Position numbers and translations under genes: made by a program
The notes under the pieces: generated by a model
The model's input: the letters and a program-made list of their open reading frames with translations, nothing else
What the model was told of the DNA's origin: nothing
Databases searched by the model: none
Assembly (NCBI GenBank): GCA_044344255.1
Contig: JBIJDH010000002.1
Location: 32,001 to 96,000, forward strand
DNA length: 64,000 nt
Direction: 5' to 3'
Source: Myxococcota bacterium
Lineage (GTDB): Bacteria > Myxococcota_A > UBA796 > UBA2385
Shown here: positions 21,182 to 31,236 of the stretch, in pieces
How positions within the stretch are numbered: the stretch's first letter is position 1
How the letters are laid out: each line of letters starts with the position of its first letter

Positions 21182-21991
21182 ATGCCCGTCGCCCCTACCG
21201 TGCCCGCCCTCGCTTTCACCCTCACTGGCCCCGCCGGCGGCCCGCCGCTGGTGCTGGTCACCGGGATGGGGGGCGTGCAGGCCGCCTTCGCGCTCCAGAT
21301 CAAGGCCTTCGCCGACCGATGGCGCGTGCTCACCTACGATCAGCGCGGGCTCGGGGCCTCCGAGGTGGTCGACCGCGACGTCACCATGCGCGACTACGCC
21401 CTTGACCTCGTCCATCTGCTGGACCACCTCGGCGTCGAGCGGGCCGCCTTCCTCGGCCTCTCCTTCGGCGGGCGTGTCCTCCAGGAGCTCGCGATCGGCT
21501 GGCCCGAGCGGGTGGAGCGGCTGATCATCGGCGGCACCTCGGCCGGGGGGCGGCTCCACATCGGCGGCAGCGCCGAGGGCTATCGGGCCCTCACGGAGTC
21601 CTCCGCCCTCGATGAGGAGGGCTGGCGAACCCGCCTCCTCCCCGCGCTCTTCGGGCCGGTCTACCGGAACAAGTACCCCGATCGGATGGAGGCCTTCGCC
21701 CGCTGGCGGGTGCGGTACCCCACCAACCCCGTCGCGATCGCGCGGCAGTGGCAGGCCTGGTCGACCTTCGACACCTCTGACCGCCTGCATCGCATCACCG
21801 CCCCGACCCTCATCCTGCACGGCGACGATGACGCCCTCTCCCCCGTCGAGAACGCCGAGCTGCTGGCCGAGCGCATCCCTGGGGCGGAGCTCATGGTCCT
21901 CCACGACGTGGGCCACAGCCCCAACGTCGAAGATCCGGCTCGCTTCAACGCCGTCGTCCGGGCCTTCCTGGAGCGGCCCCTCGTGGGCTAA
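21182..21991 (+). CDS. Alpha/beta fold hydrolase
   Basis: YDQRGLG, GLSFGG nucleophile elbow, HGDDD, GH. Confidence 0.9.
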   Translation: MPVAPTVPALAFTLTGPAGGPPLVLVTGMGGVQAAFALQIKAFADRWRVLTYDQRGLGASEVVDRDVTMRDYALDLVHLLDHLGVERAAFLGLSFGGRVLQELAIGWPERVERLIIGGTSAGGRLHIGGSAEGYRALTESSALDEEGWRTRLLPALFGPVYRNKYPDRMEAFARWRVRYPTNPVAIARQWQAWSTFDTSDRLHRITAPTLILHGDDDALSPVENAELLAERIPGAELMVLHDVGHSPNVEDPARFNAVVRAFLERPLVG

Positions 21992-22052
21992 GGTTTGGGC
22001 TCCGATCCGGCGCGGCGCCCGATCGGGACGGATCCAGCGCCCCGGCGGCCCC

Positions 22053-22508
22053 ATGACCCCCTCCTACGCTCCGCTCCTTGTGCTCACGCTCACCCTCGCC
22101 TGTGGGCACGGCCCTGCGAAGGTCCCCGCGAGCGCCCCGTCCGGCGCCCCGTCCGGCGCCCCGTCCGACGCCGGAGCCCCCAGCGCGGCGGAGCCCGGTG
22201 ACACCGTCCTCATCGGCACCCTCGTCCACAAGCGCTGGTCGAAGACGATGGAGTCCTGGGACGCGGGGGGCAGCGATTATTTTGTCCTGGAGACCGGCGA
22301 CGAGACGGTGGTGCTCCAGCTCACCGGCCCCGTGACCGGCGAGGCCCTGCTCCCGCTGGACGGCAAGAAGGTGGAGCTCCAAGGCCGGATGGTCGAGGGC
22401 AAGGTGCCTGAGATGCCTCCCCACTCCCAGTACCCGATGGACATGAACGGCGGCCCCCTGCCCACGGGGGCGGGCTTCCGCGTCTCGGCCGCGCGGATCC
22501 TCCCTTGA
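22053..22508 (+). CDS. Hypothetical lipoprotein
   Basis: Lipobox LTLAC; APSG linker encoded by 12-bp tandem repeats at about 22132-22167. Confidence 0.65.
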   Translation: MTPSYAPLLVLTLTLACGHGPAKVPASAPSGAPSGAPSDAGAPSAAEPGDTVLIGTLVHKRWSKTMESWDAGGSDYFVLETGDETVVLQLTGPVTGEALLPLDGKKVELQGRMVEGKVPEMPPHSQYPMDMNGGPLPTGAGFRVSAARILP

Positions 22509-22595
22509 GGGGAAGCGGGCGATGAACAGGGGGGCGCTCGCCCGGCGGCCCCGCTTGAGGCATCATGTCTCCCACACCTCCGTCCCCCGTGACCC

Positions 22596-23816
22596 TTGAT
22601 CACCGCCCGGCGCGTCCGCCTCTGCCTGAGAGATCTGTACCACCAGGACGTGGTGGAGATGATCGAGCGGGAGACTCGTAAGTACCAGCTCTGGATCATC
22701 GAAGACCCCTCCGATCCCCACTTCGAGAACGCGTATCGGACCCTCTGGGAGGCCTTCGGCCCCACGGGCGAGATGGAGCGGCGGGAGGCCATCGAGGCCT
22801 TCCTCCGCGACAGCCCCTTCGAGCCCTTCAAGACGGGCACCTATGTGCGGTACTTCCTGCTCGTCGCGACCGATGAGAAGGGCGTGGTGCGCGGTGTCCG
22901 CGATGGGTCTGTGCTGGTCAACCCCGCCTACTCGCCCGATCTGTGCGTGGTGTACCTCAGCCACATCTACATGATGCCGGAGGCCCGCGGGACGGTGCTC
23001 TCCTACTGGCTGCGCATCTCCCCCTTGGAGATCGCCGTGCAGTACCTCGCCGATCTGCACCAGCGCGGGCTCGTCAACCTGCCGCTGCCCCACCAGCCCT
23101 CCCGCTACTTTGGCATGCGGATGAACCTCGCCGCCGAGATGGAGTACTGGGCGCCGGAAGACCCCATCTCCCTCCAGCGGGTGCTCTTCTACGGCCGCGG
23201 CGGCTTCGACGTCATCAACCCCGCGCACTTCCCCTATCGGCAGCCCGACTTTCGCGATCCCGAGGAGATCCGGGCCACGGGGAACTGCCCCTTGCCCTTC
23301 ATGCTCCTGCTCCGGCGCATGGGGCGGGAGCGCCAGGCGGCGCTGCCGATCGAGGAGGCCGAGGCTGTGATGCGGCTCATCTACGACGACTTCGCCGAGT
23401 TCTGCGCCCCCGAATTTCTGGAGAACAGCCTCGATCTCGTGCTGGAGCGCCTCGAGAGCCAGCGGAGCCGCGGCAAGCGGGCGATCGAGCTCCTGCCGAT
23501 GCCCACCGGGCCGAAGGACATGCAGCGGCTCAAGAAGATCTTTCGATACAGCGTCTTCAAGAAGCACTACAAGGGTTCACCGGACACCCAGGAGTACCTG
23601 AACGGTCCGATCAAGGACCTCGTGGCCGCCGACCCTCGGTACGTGGATCACGAGATCGGTCGGATCAAGGAGGCCTTGTCGAGGCGGCCCCACTATGTCT
23701 ACGGGAGCCGCGACAAGCACTTCTCCTGGGACGGCACCCCGATGGAGGAGCCAGAGGAGCAGACCCAGCCCGTCGAGGTCCATGAGAACGGCCTCGCCGA
23801 GCCCTTCCGCGGCTGA
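22596..23816 (+). CDS. Hypothetical protein, possible GNAT-fold acyltransferase
   Basis: YLSHIYMMPEARG, RVLFYGRGGF and YRQP resemble GNAT motifs; strong coding bias; start uncertain. Confidence 0.5.
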   Translation: MITARRVRLCLRDLYHQDVVEMIERETRKYQLWIIEDPSDPHFENAYRTLWEAFGPTGEMERREAIEAFLRDSPFEPFKTGTYVRYFLLVATDEKGVVRGVRDGSVLVNPAYSPDLCVVYLSHIYMMPEARGTVLSYWLRISPLEIAVQYLADLHQRGLVNLPLPHQPSRYFGMRMNLAAEMEYWAPEDPISLQRVLFYGRGGFDVINPAHFPYRQPDFRDPEEIRATGNCPLPFMLLLRRMGRERQAALPIEEAEAVMRLIYDDFAEFCAPEFLENSLDLVLERLESQRSRGKRAIELLPMPTGPKDMQRLKKIFRYSVFKKHYKGSPDTQEYLNGPIKDLVAADPRYVDHEIGRIKEALSRRPHYVYGSRDKHFSWDGTPMEEPEEQTQPVEVHENGLAEPFRG

Positions 23817-23837
23817 GCAGGGCCGCGGCGCCGAGGC

Positions 23838-23873
23838 CCCTCAGGGTGACCCTCAGGGTGACCCTCAGGGTGA
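23838..23873. repeat. 12-bp tandem repeat (CCCTCAGGGTGA) x3 overlapping a stop codon
   Basis: Exact copies at 23838, 23850 and 23862. Confidence 0.9.
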
Positions 23874-25076
23874 GGAGAGGCCGAGGCCGCGGAAGGTGGC
23901 GGCGCGGGACTCCACGCGGCCCCCCCGCACGAACAGGGCCTCGCAGACCCGATCGAGCAGCTCGCCGCTCTTGGCCGGCCGGGCGATCACCGGATCCCCG
24001 ACGCTGAAGCCGGCGGGCAGGGGGGCGGTGATGCGGAAGGGCGTCTGTACCTCTCCCCAGCCTTCGAAGGGGAGGGGGCGGAGCCCGGCCGGGAGGATCA
24101 CCTGGGGGGCGCGGTCTTCGTTCACCGGCCCCGAGGCGATCCAGCCGCCGCCCATGGCCGTCAGGTGGTCTCCGTCGGGGCGCCGGCAGGCGGCGAGGGC
24201 GAAGAAGCAGGCGGGGACGAGCGACAGGCCGTCGTAATGATCGAAGAGGTGAGGGGCCAGGAAGCCCGAGCCCACCGTGATCTCGGTGACGGAGGGGTCA
24301 CGCGCGGTGAAGAGCAGGGAGCCCGTCCCCCCGCCGTTGACCACCTGGACGGGGAGGCCGGCCTCCTTGAGGCCCTCGACCGTGATCAGCCGTCGATCGA
24401 GCACGGCCGCCTGCGACTGCCGCTTGATGAGGGCGCGGGCGGGGTCGAGCGCGCGGCTGCCGGCGTTTCGGTCGGGCACGCCGGCGATCTGGGCCTCGTA
24501 GCTGAGCAGGCCAACCGGGAAGAGCCCGGGGGTGTCCGCGACCCGCCGGGCGAGCTCCACCGCCAGCGCTGGGTTGCGCAGCGGCGAGCGGCGGGCGCCG
24601 AAGCTGAGGCGACCGACCGGGCTCCAGGAGAGGTCAAGGTCGATGAGGACGGGCAGGGTGACCCCCGCCTCGGCGGCGAGGGGGCCGAGGAGGGTGAGGT
24701 GGGCCGGCTCATCGACCACCACGCGCACGAGGGCCCCGGCCGCCGCCACCCGCACCAGGGCCTGCGCCTCGGCCGGCCGGGAGGGTGGATAGGCGAGCAG
24801 GAGGTCGTCGAAGCCGAGGCCGTGCAGCAGCTCCACCTCGGCCGCTGTGGAGGCGAAGAGGCCCTGGATCCTCGGCATCCCGCCTGCGAGCAGGTGGCGG
24901 AGGAGGGAGGGGCAGCGCAGCGCCTTCGTGCCGAGCCGGAGGCTGACGCCGGTGCCCTCGGTGGGGGCGAGCAGCGTCCGTAGGTTCTGTTCAACCGCGT
25001 CCAAGTCGATGATCGCGGCTGGCAGGGCCTCTTCGCGCAGCATGTCGCGCCAGGCGGCGTAGTGGGCAAGGTCCAT
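23865..25076 (-). CDS. Type III PLP-dependent enzyme (alanine-racemase fold; D-serine dehydratase / D-threonine aldolase-like)
   Basis: PAAIIDLD, RLGTKALRC (PLP lysine), YEAQIAG, VNGGGTGS, EGWGEVQTP. Confidence 0.85.
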   Translation of the reverse strand: MDLAHYAAWRDMLREEALPAAIIDLDAVEQNLRTLLAPTEGTGVSLRLGTKALRCPSLLRHLLAGGMPRIQGLFASTAAEVELLHGLGFDDLLLAYPPSRPAEAQALVRVAAAGALVRVVVDEPAHLTLLGPLAAEAGVTLPVLIDLDLSWSPVGRLSFGARRSPLRNPALAVELARRVADTPGLFPVGLLSYEAQIAGVPDRNAGSRALDPARALIKRQSQAAVLDRRLITVEGLKEAGLPVQVVNGGGTGSLLFTARDPSVTEITVGSGFLAPHLFDHYDGLSLVPACFFALAACRRPDGDHLTAMGGGWIASGPVNEDRAPQVILPAGLRPLPFEGWGEVQTPFRITAPLPAGFSVGDPVIARPAKSGELLDRVCEALFVRGGRVESRAATFRGLGLSSP

Positions 25077-25212
25077 GGCTCAGGTCCTGCGGCGTTCCGA
25101 GGTGGCCTCAAGCGCCCCGGTGTGGGCTGTGTACCACGGCGTCGGCCGGCGAGGCGTGGCCTCGACCGGGCAGGGAGGTGCCGGTCTGTCACCCGCTGAA
25201 TAGGTCGGCGGA

Positions 25213-27576
25213 ATGGACCTCTCCACCCGCAGCCTCGCCGCCCTCGACTGGCCGGTGCTCCTCGACCGCCTGTCTCGCCACGCCCGCACCCACAGGGGGC
25301 GTGAGGCGGCGCTTCGGCTGGGCCTCGTCGGCACCGCGGTCGCCGCCCGCCTGCTCTACGACGCCGTCGCCGAGGTCTGGGCCCTCGATGAGGCGGGGCA
25401 CGCCATCCCCGTCGGCGCCGTGCTCGACGTCGAGACGCCGCTCCGCCGCGCCGCCCGGGGCCTCGGCCTCGACAGCGTCGAGCTCCGCGACGTCGGCAGC
25501 TCGCTCGTCGCCCTCGACACCCTCCGCAAGTGGGTCGACGAGCGCGCTGACCTCGCCCCGCGGATCCGCGATCTCGCGCAGCCGATCCAGGTCGACGCCG
25601 AGCTCAAGGAGACCCTCGCCGAGTCCTTTGACGCCACCGGCGAGCTCTCCGCCGAGCGGTACCCCGAGCTCGGCGACTACCGCGAGAAGATCCGCAACCT
25701 GAAGGAGCGCATCCGGGCCGTCCTCGAAGACATGGTCAAGGGCGATGCCCTCGGAGACGCCCTCCAAGACCGCTTCGTCACCGACCGCGGCGGGCGCTTC
25801 GTCGTCCCGGTCAAGGCCGGCTTCCGGCGCGGCCTCGGCATCGTGCACGGCACCTCGCAGTCCGGAGAGACCGTCTACGTCGAGCCCGCCGAGGTGGTCG
25901 AGCGCACCAACGAGATGAAGGAGGCCGAGGCGGCGCTGGCCCGCGAGGAGCGGCGCATCTTGACGATGCTGTCGCGGCTCGTCGGCCACCACGCCCCCAC
26001 CGTGCTCCCCGCCCTCGAGGCCGCCGTCGAGATCGACCTCGCCGTCGCCCGCGCTGGCCTCGGCACCGAGCTCCGCGCCGTCATCCCCAAGGTGGGCGAG
26101 GGGGGCGTGGTGCTGCTGCGGGAGGCCCGCCACCCCGTGCTCCAGCTCCGCGGCGTGGCCGTGGTGGCCAATGACCTCGGCATCGACAGCAAGCGCCTCG
26201 GGCTCATCCTCACCGGCCCGAACACGGGCGGGAAGACGGTGGCCCTCAAGACCATCGGCCTCGCCACCCTGATGGTGCGGGCGGGCCTGCCCGTGCCGGC
26301 CGCCGAGGGGAGCCGGGTCGACCTCTTCGATCAGGTCCTCGCCGACGTCGGCGACACCCAGACGGTCGAGGGAGATCTGTCCACCTTCTCGGGCCACCTG
26401 CTCGTGCTGCGGCAGATGTTGGAGCGCGCGAGCCCCACCTCGCTCATCCTCCTCGACGAGATCGGCATGGGCACCGATCCTGCGCAGGGGGCGGCCCTGG
26501 CGCGGGCGGTGATCGAGGGCCTCGTCGATCGCGGGGCGCGGGTCGTGGTCACCACCCACTTCGCGCAGCTCAAGGGCCTCGCCGCTGCTGACGAGCGCTT
26601 CGCGGTGGCCGCCGTCCAGTACGCCGACGGGCGGCCCACCTACCGGCTCGAGGCAGGCTTCGCTGGCCAGTCCCACGCCTTCGCCATCGCCCGCCGCATG
26701 CTCCTCCCCGAGGCCGTCGTCGATCGGGCCCGCGATGTGCTGGGGGCCGGCGAGCGAGAGCTGGCCGACCTCATGGAGCAGCTCGATGACGAGCGCGCCC
26801 TCCTCCGCGCGCAGCAGCAGGCGCTGGTCGACCGCCAGCGCCGCCTCGAAGACCAGGTGCGCGAGGCCCGTGTGCAGACCGAGAAGCTCGAGGAGCGGCG
26901 ACGTAAGCTCGAGACGGAGGTGGCGGCCGGCTTCGAGAGGCGAATGAAGGAGAAGGAGGCCATCGTCCGCGGCCTCATCTCCGCCCTCCAGGAGAACCCG
27001 AACCTCAAGCTCGCCGGCCGCTCCCTCGACAAGATCCGCGATCTGCGCGGCGAGGTGGCCGAGACCATGGCCCCCGTCGTGCTGCCCCCGCCGCCGCCCC
27101 CGGCGGGCATCGCGGTCGGTGACATCGTGATGGTGCGCACCTTCGGCAAGAAGGGCCGGGTCAGCGCCGTCCTCTCGGGCGACCGCTTCGAGGTCGAGAT
27201 CGGCACCCTCAAGATGAAGGTGGGCCGCGCCGACCTCGGCGAGGGCCCGCCGCGCCCGCCCGCGCCGCCGCCCCTGGCCCCGCCGCCGCCTGACCCCCGG
27301 GGGGCCGAGAAGATGGTGGCCAAGGTGCGCACGTCCACCAACACGGCGGATCTGCGCGGCCTTCGCGTCGAGGAGGCGATCGACACCATCACCACCTTCC
27401 TCGACGCCCAGATCAGCCACGGGGAGGGCCTCGCCTTCCTGCTCCACGGCCATGGCACCGGCGCCCTCAAGACGGCGGTGCGCGAGCACCTGCCCCGCTG
27501 TCGTTACGTCAAGAAGTGGCGCGCCGCCGAGCCCAGCGAGGGGGGTGACGCTTACACCCTCGTCGAGCTGGGCTGA
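25213..27576 (+). CDS. mutS2: MutS2 family protein with KOW-like and Smr domains
   Basis: TGPNTGGKT, LSTFSGH, LLDEIG.GTDP, TTH, coiled coil, DLRGL...HGHGTGAL Smr domain. Confidence 0.95.
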   Translation: MDLSTRSLAALDWPVLLDRLSRHARTHRGREAALRLGLVGTAVAARLLYDAVAEVWALDEAGHAIPVGAVLDVETPLRRAARGLGLDSVELRDVGSSLVALDTLRKWVDERADLAPRIRDLAQPIQVDAELKETLAESFDATGELSAERYPELGDYREKIRNLKERIRAVLEDMVKGDALGDALQDRFVTDRGGRFVVPVKAGFRRGLGIVHGTSQSGETVYVEPAEVVERTNEMKEAEAALAREERRILTMLSRLVGHHAPTVLPALEAAVEIDLAVARAGLGTELRAVIPKVGEGGVVLLREARHPVLQLRGVAVVANDLGIDSKRLGLILTGPNTGGKTVALKTIGLATLMVRAGLPVPAAEGSRVDLFDQVLADVGDTQTVEGDLSTFSGHLLVLRQMLERASPTSLILLDEIGMGTDPAQGAALARAVIEGLVDRGARVVVTTHFAQLKGLAAADERFAVAAVQYADGRPTYRLEAGFAGQSHAFAIARRMLLPEAVVDRARDVLGAGERELADLMEQLDDERALLRAQQQALVDRQRRLEDQVREARVQTEKLEERRRKLETEVAAGFERRMKEKEAIVRGLISALQENPNLKLAGRSLDKIRDLRGEVAETMAPVVLPPPPPPAGIAVGDIVMVRTFGKKGRVSAVLSGDRFEVEIGTLKMKVGRADLGEGPPRPPAPPPLAPPPPDPRGAEKMVAKVRTSTNTADLRGLRVEEAIDTITTFLDAQISHGEGLAFLLHGHGTGALKTAVREHLPRCRYVKKWRAAEPSEGGDAYTLVELG

Positions 27577-27578
27577 GG

Positions 27579-28676
27579 GTGCGGCGCTCGCTTGCGGCCC
27601 TCGGCGCCCTCGTCGCCCTCGACCTCGGCCTCCTCTTCGTCTCGGGCGGCGGGGCTGGCGAGCTCGAGGCCGCCGGCCCCAAGGTGGGCCTCGTCTTTGA
27701 CGTGGGCGGGCGCGGCGACAAGAGCTTTAACGACCTCGCCTACGCCGGCCTCGAGCGGGCGCGCACAGAGCTCGGGATGGCGGTGCAGTATGTCGAGCCC
27801 GGTGAGGGGGCCGACCGCGAGAGCGCGCTGCGGATGCTGGCGGCCGAGGGTTACGCCCTCGTGGTGGGCGTGGGCTTCATCTTCACCGACGACGTCACGC
27901 TGGTCGCCGCCGACTACCCCGGGACCTCCTTCGCCTGCGTCGACTACGCGCTGCGCACCGGGCCGGACGGGGCGGTGATCCCGCCGCCCGAGAACGTGGC
28001 CGCCCTCAAGTTCCGCGAGGAGGAGGGCTCCTTCCTCGTGGGGGCCCTGGCCGGCCTGAAGACCGGCACCCAGGCGGTGGGCTTCGTGGGCGGCATGGAC
28101 ATCCCGCTCATCCGGAAGTTCGAGGCGGGCTATCGGGCGGGGGTGGGAGAGGTCTGCCCGGACTGTCGGGTGGTCGGCCAGTACGCCGGGGTCACCGGCG
28201 CGGCCTTCAAAGACCCGGGCAAGGGCAAGGAGCTGGCCCTCGCCCAGTATGGCGACGGGGTCGACATCATCTTCCACGCCTCCGGCTCGACCGGCCTCGG
28301 CGTCTTCGAGGCGGCGCGGGAGACGGGCCACCTCGCGATCGGCGTCGACGCCGACCAGTCGGGGGAGGCGCCGGGCTCGATCCTCACGAGCATGGTCAAG
28401 GGGGTGGACGTCGCCGTCTTCACCCTCGCCGCCGAGGTGAAGGAGGGCCGCTTCGCCGGCGGGGTGCGCAGCTTCGGCCTCGCCGAGGCGGGGGTGGGCT
28501 GGGTGCACGACACGAACAACGCCGCGCTCCTCCCCGCCGGGGCGGTCGAGCGCCTGGACGCGCTGTCGGCGCAGATCGTGAGCGGCGCCATCCGCGTGCC
28601 CACCACCGTGGAGGCGGCCGCGGCTCCGGCTCCGGCCCCGGCCCCCGCTCCGCTGCGCGCCCCAGGTGCGCCGTGA
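27579..28676 (+). CDS. BMP family ABC substrate-binding protein (nucleoside type)
   Basis: GGRGDKSFND, F.EEEGSFLVG, GFVGGM, AIGVDADQ. Confidence 0.92.
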   Translation: MRRSLAALGALVALDLGLLFVSGGGAGELEAAGPKVGLVFDVGGRGDKSFNDLAYAGLERARTELGMAVQYVEPGEGADRESALRMLAAEGYALVVGVGFIFTDDVTLVAADYPGTSFACVDYALRTGPDGAVIPPPENVAALKFREEEGSFLVGALAGLKTGTQAVGFVGGMDIPLIRKFEAGYRAGVGEVCPDCRVVGQYAGVTGAAFKDPGKGKELALAQYGDGVDIIFHASGSTGLGVFEAARETGHLAIGVDADQSGEAPGSILTSMVKGVDVAVFTLAAEVKEGRFAGGVRSFGLAEAGVGWVHDTNNAALLPAGAVERLDALSAQIVSGAIRVPTTVEAAAAPAPAPAPAPLRAPGAP

Positions 28677-30205
28677 AGGCCGTCGTGCTCGAGGGCATCG
28701 GCCGGCGCTACGGGGCCGTCGAGGCCAACCGCGGGGTGAGCCTGTCGGTGGAGGCGGGCACGGTTCACGCCATCGTGGGGGAGAACGGCGCGGGGAAGTC
28801 GACGCTGATGCGGATCCTGGCCGGCGTCGAGCGCGCCGACGCTGGCACGGTGCAGATCCTCGGCCAGCCGCTCACCCGGCCCGACCCGCTCCTCGCGACC
28901 CGCCTCGGCCTCGGGATGGTCCACCAGCACTTCAAGCTCGTCGAGACCTTCACCGTCGCCGAGAACCTCGTGCTCGGCCACGAGCCGCTCCGGGGCGGGC
29001 TGCTCGACCGCGCCGCCGCCGCCCAGGCCGTCCTGGCCCTCTCCACGGCCTGGGGGCTGCCCGTGCGCCCTGACGCGCGGGTGGAGGACCTGTCGGTCGG
29101 TGAGAAGCAGCGGGTCGAGATCCTGCGCGTGCTCTACCAGGGGGCGCGGGTGCTCGTGCTCGACGAGCCCACCGCCGTGCTCGCCCCGCCCGAGGTGCGC
29201 CGCCTGCTCGAGATGTTGCGGCGCTTCGTCGAAGATCCGGCCTCGCCCCGCACGGTGCTCCTCGTCACCCACAAGCTCGACGAGGTGATGGCCGTGGCCG
29301 ACCGTGTCACCGTGATGCGGCGCGGCGAGGTGGTGGCCGAGCTCGCCGCCCAGGAGACCACCCCCGCCGCCCTCGCCCACGCGATGGTCGGCCGGCCCGT
29401 CGAGCTCACCCGCCCGCTCGCGCCGCGCCCGCCGGTGACCGCGCCGCCCCTGCTCACCCTCGAGGGCGTCGGCCTCGTGGCGGGGGGCCGGGTCCTCCTC
29501 GAGGGCCTCGACCTCACGCTGCGGCCGGGCGAGATCCTCGGCGTGGCGGGGGTCATGGGCAACGGTCAGTCCGAGCTGCTCGAGATCGTGGCGGGCCTCC
29601 GGCGCGCGACCTCGGGGGCCCTTCGACTTGCGGGCGCGGACCTCCAGCCCCTCTCCGTGGCCGAGCGCCTCGCCGCCGGCATCGCCCACGTGCCCGAAGA
29701 CCGCGGTGAGCGCGGCCTCGTGATGCCCTTCTCGATCGAGGAGAACCTCGCGCTCGGGGCGCTGGACCGCTTCAGCGGGAGGTGGTCGATCCACCGCGCG
29801 GCGCTGCGCCAGCACGCGCTCCAGCTCCTCGCCCGCTTCGACGTGCGGCCCCCCGATCCCACCGTCCCCGCCGGCGCGCTCTCCGGCGGCAACGCCCAGA
29901 AGGTGGTGATGGGCCGGGAGATCAGCCGCTCGCCGCGGCTGCTGCTCTGCGGGCAGCCCACCCGCGGCGTCGACATCGGCGCCGTCGAGCTCATCCACCG
30001 CGAGCTCCGCCAGCTCCGCGACCAGGGCGTGGCCATCCTCCTCGTCTCGGCCGACCTCTCCGAGCTCCGCGCCCTCTCCGACCGGCTGATCGTGCTGCAC
30101 CGGGGCCGGGTGAGCGGGCGCCTCGACGCCGCCGAGGCCACCCCCGAGCGCCTCGGCGAGCTCATGACCGGCCTCCACGTCGAAGGCGAGGGCGCCGCCC
30201 GATGA
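28673..30205 (+). CDS. Nucleoside/sugar ABC transporter double ATPase
   Basis: GENGAGKST, MVHQHF, LDEPTAVL, LSGGN.QK, PTRGVDIGA. Confidence 0.93.
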   Translation: MKAVVLEGIGRRYGAVEANRGVSLSVEAGTVHAIVGENGAGKSTLMRILAGVERADAGTVQILGQPLTRPDPLLATRLGLGMVHQHFKLVETFTVAENLVLGHEPLRGGLLDRAAAAQAVLALSTAWGLPVRPDARVEDLSVGEKQRVEILRVLYQGARVLVLDEPTAVLAPPEVRRLLEMLRRFVEDPASPRTVLLVTHKLDEVMAVADRVTVMRRGEVVAELAAQETTPAALAHAMVGRPVELTRPLAPRPPVTAPPLLTLEGVGLVAGGRVLLEGLDLTLRPGEILGVAGVMGNGQSELLEIVAGLRRATSGALRLAGADLQPLSVAERLAAGIAHVPEDRGERGLVMPFSIEENLALGALDRFSGRWSIHRAALRQHALQLLARFDVRPPDPTVPAGALSGGNAQKVVMGREISRSPRLLLCGQPTRGVDIGAVELIHRELRQLRDQGVAILLVSADLSELRALSDRLIVLHRGRVSGRLDAAEATPERLGELMTGLHVEGEGAAR

Positions 30206-31236
30206 CCACTCGCCTCCGCGCCGCCCTCGCGCCCCTCCTGCCGGCCGCCCTGGCCCTGGCCTTCGCCGTCGCGGTGGGAGAGCTGCTGGTGCTCGTCGCC
30301 GGCGCCGCCCCGCGTGAGGTCGCCCACGCCCTCTTCGCCGGCACCTGGGGCAACCCCTATGGGCTCGGGCAGGTGCTCTTCAAGGCCACCCCGCTCGTGC
30401 TCACCGGCCTCGCCGTCGCGCTGCCCTACCGGGCCGGCCTCTTCAACATCGGCGCCGAGGGCCAGGTGGTGCTCGGCTCGCTCGCGGCCGGCCTCCTCGG
30501 GGCGGCCCTGCCCGCCGCCACCCCCGGCCTCCTCGCCGTCCCGCTCTGCGCGCTCGCGGCCTTCGGGGTCGGCGGGGCCTGGGGGGCCCTGCCGGGGTGG
30601 TTGAAGGCCCGCTTCGGCGCCCACGAGGTGATCGTCTCGATCATGCTCAATTTCGTGGGGGTGGCCCTCGCGAACTGGCTGGTGGCGGGCTTCTTCGCCG
30701 AGCCCGAGACCCTGCACACCGCGCCGGTGGTGGCCGGCGCCCGCCTCTCCCGCTTGGGGGAGTGGCTGCCGAGCTTGCGGGGGAGCGCGGTCAACAGCGC
30801 GCTCTTGCTGGTGCCGCTGCTCGTCCTCGCGGCCCATTGGCTCATCCACCGAACCCCCTTCGGCCACCGCCTGCGCTCGGTAGGCCTCGGGGTGGGCGCG
30901 GCGGAGGCGAGCGGGGTCTCGACGGGGCGGGTGACCGTGCTCTCGATGGCCCTCGGCGGCGGGCTCGCGGGCCTCGTCGGGGTGAACTTCGTGCAGGGCT
31001 ACAAGGGCTACTTCGAGGACGGCTCGTCGGGCGGGGTGGGCTTCATGGGCATCGCGGTGGCCATGCTCGCCCGGGCTGAGCCCCTGGCCATCGTGCCGGC
31101 CGCCCTCCTCTTCGCCACTTTGTCGCAGGGGGGGCTCGCCATCAACGCCCTCGTGCCGAAGGAGCTGGTCGATGTGCTCGTGGCGGTCGTCGTGCTCGTC
31201 GTCGCCGCCAGTCGCGCCGCAGGGAGGCGCCCGTGA
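30202..31236 (+). CDS. Nucleoside ABC transporter permease
   Basis: ATPLVLTGL, GLFNIGAEGQ, HEVIVSIMLN. Confidence 0.92.
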   Translation: MTTRLRAALAPLLPAALALAFAVAVGELLVLVAGAAPREVAHALFAGTWGNPYGLGQVLFKATPLVLTGLAVALPYRAGLFNIGAEGQVVLGSLAAGLLGAALPAATPGLLAVPLCALAAFGVGGAWGALPGWLKARFGAHEVIVSIMLNFVGVALANWLVAGFFAEPETLHTAPVVAGARLSRLGEWLPSLRGSAVNSALLLVPLLVLAAHWLIHRTPFGHRLRSVGLGVGAAEASGVSTGRVTVLSMALGGGLAGLVGVNFVQGYKGYFEDGSSGGVGFMGIAVAMLARAEPLAIVPAALLFATLSQGGLAINALVPKELVDVLVAVVVLVVAASRAAGRRP

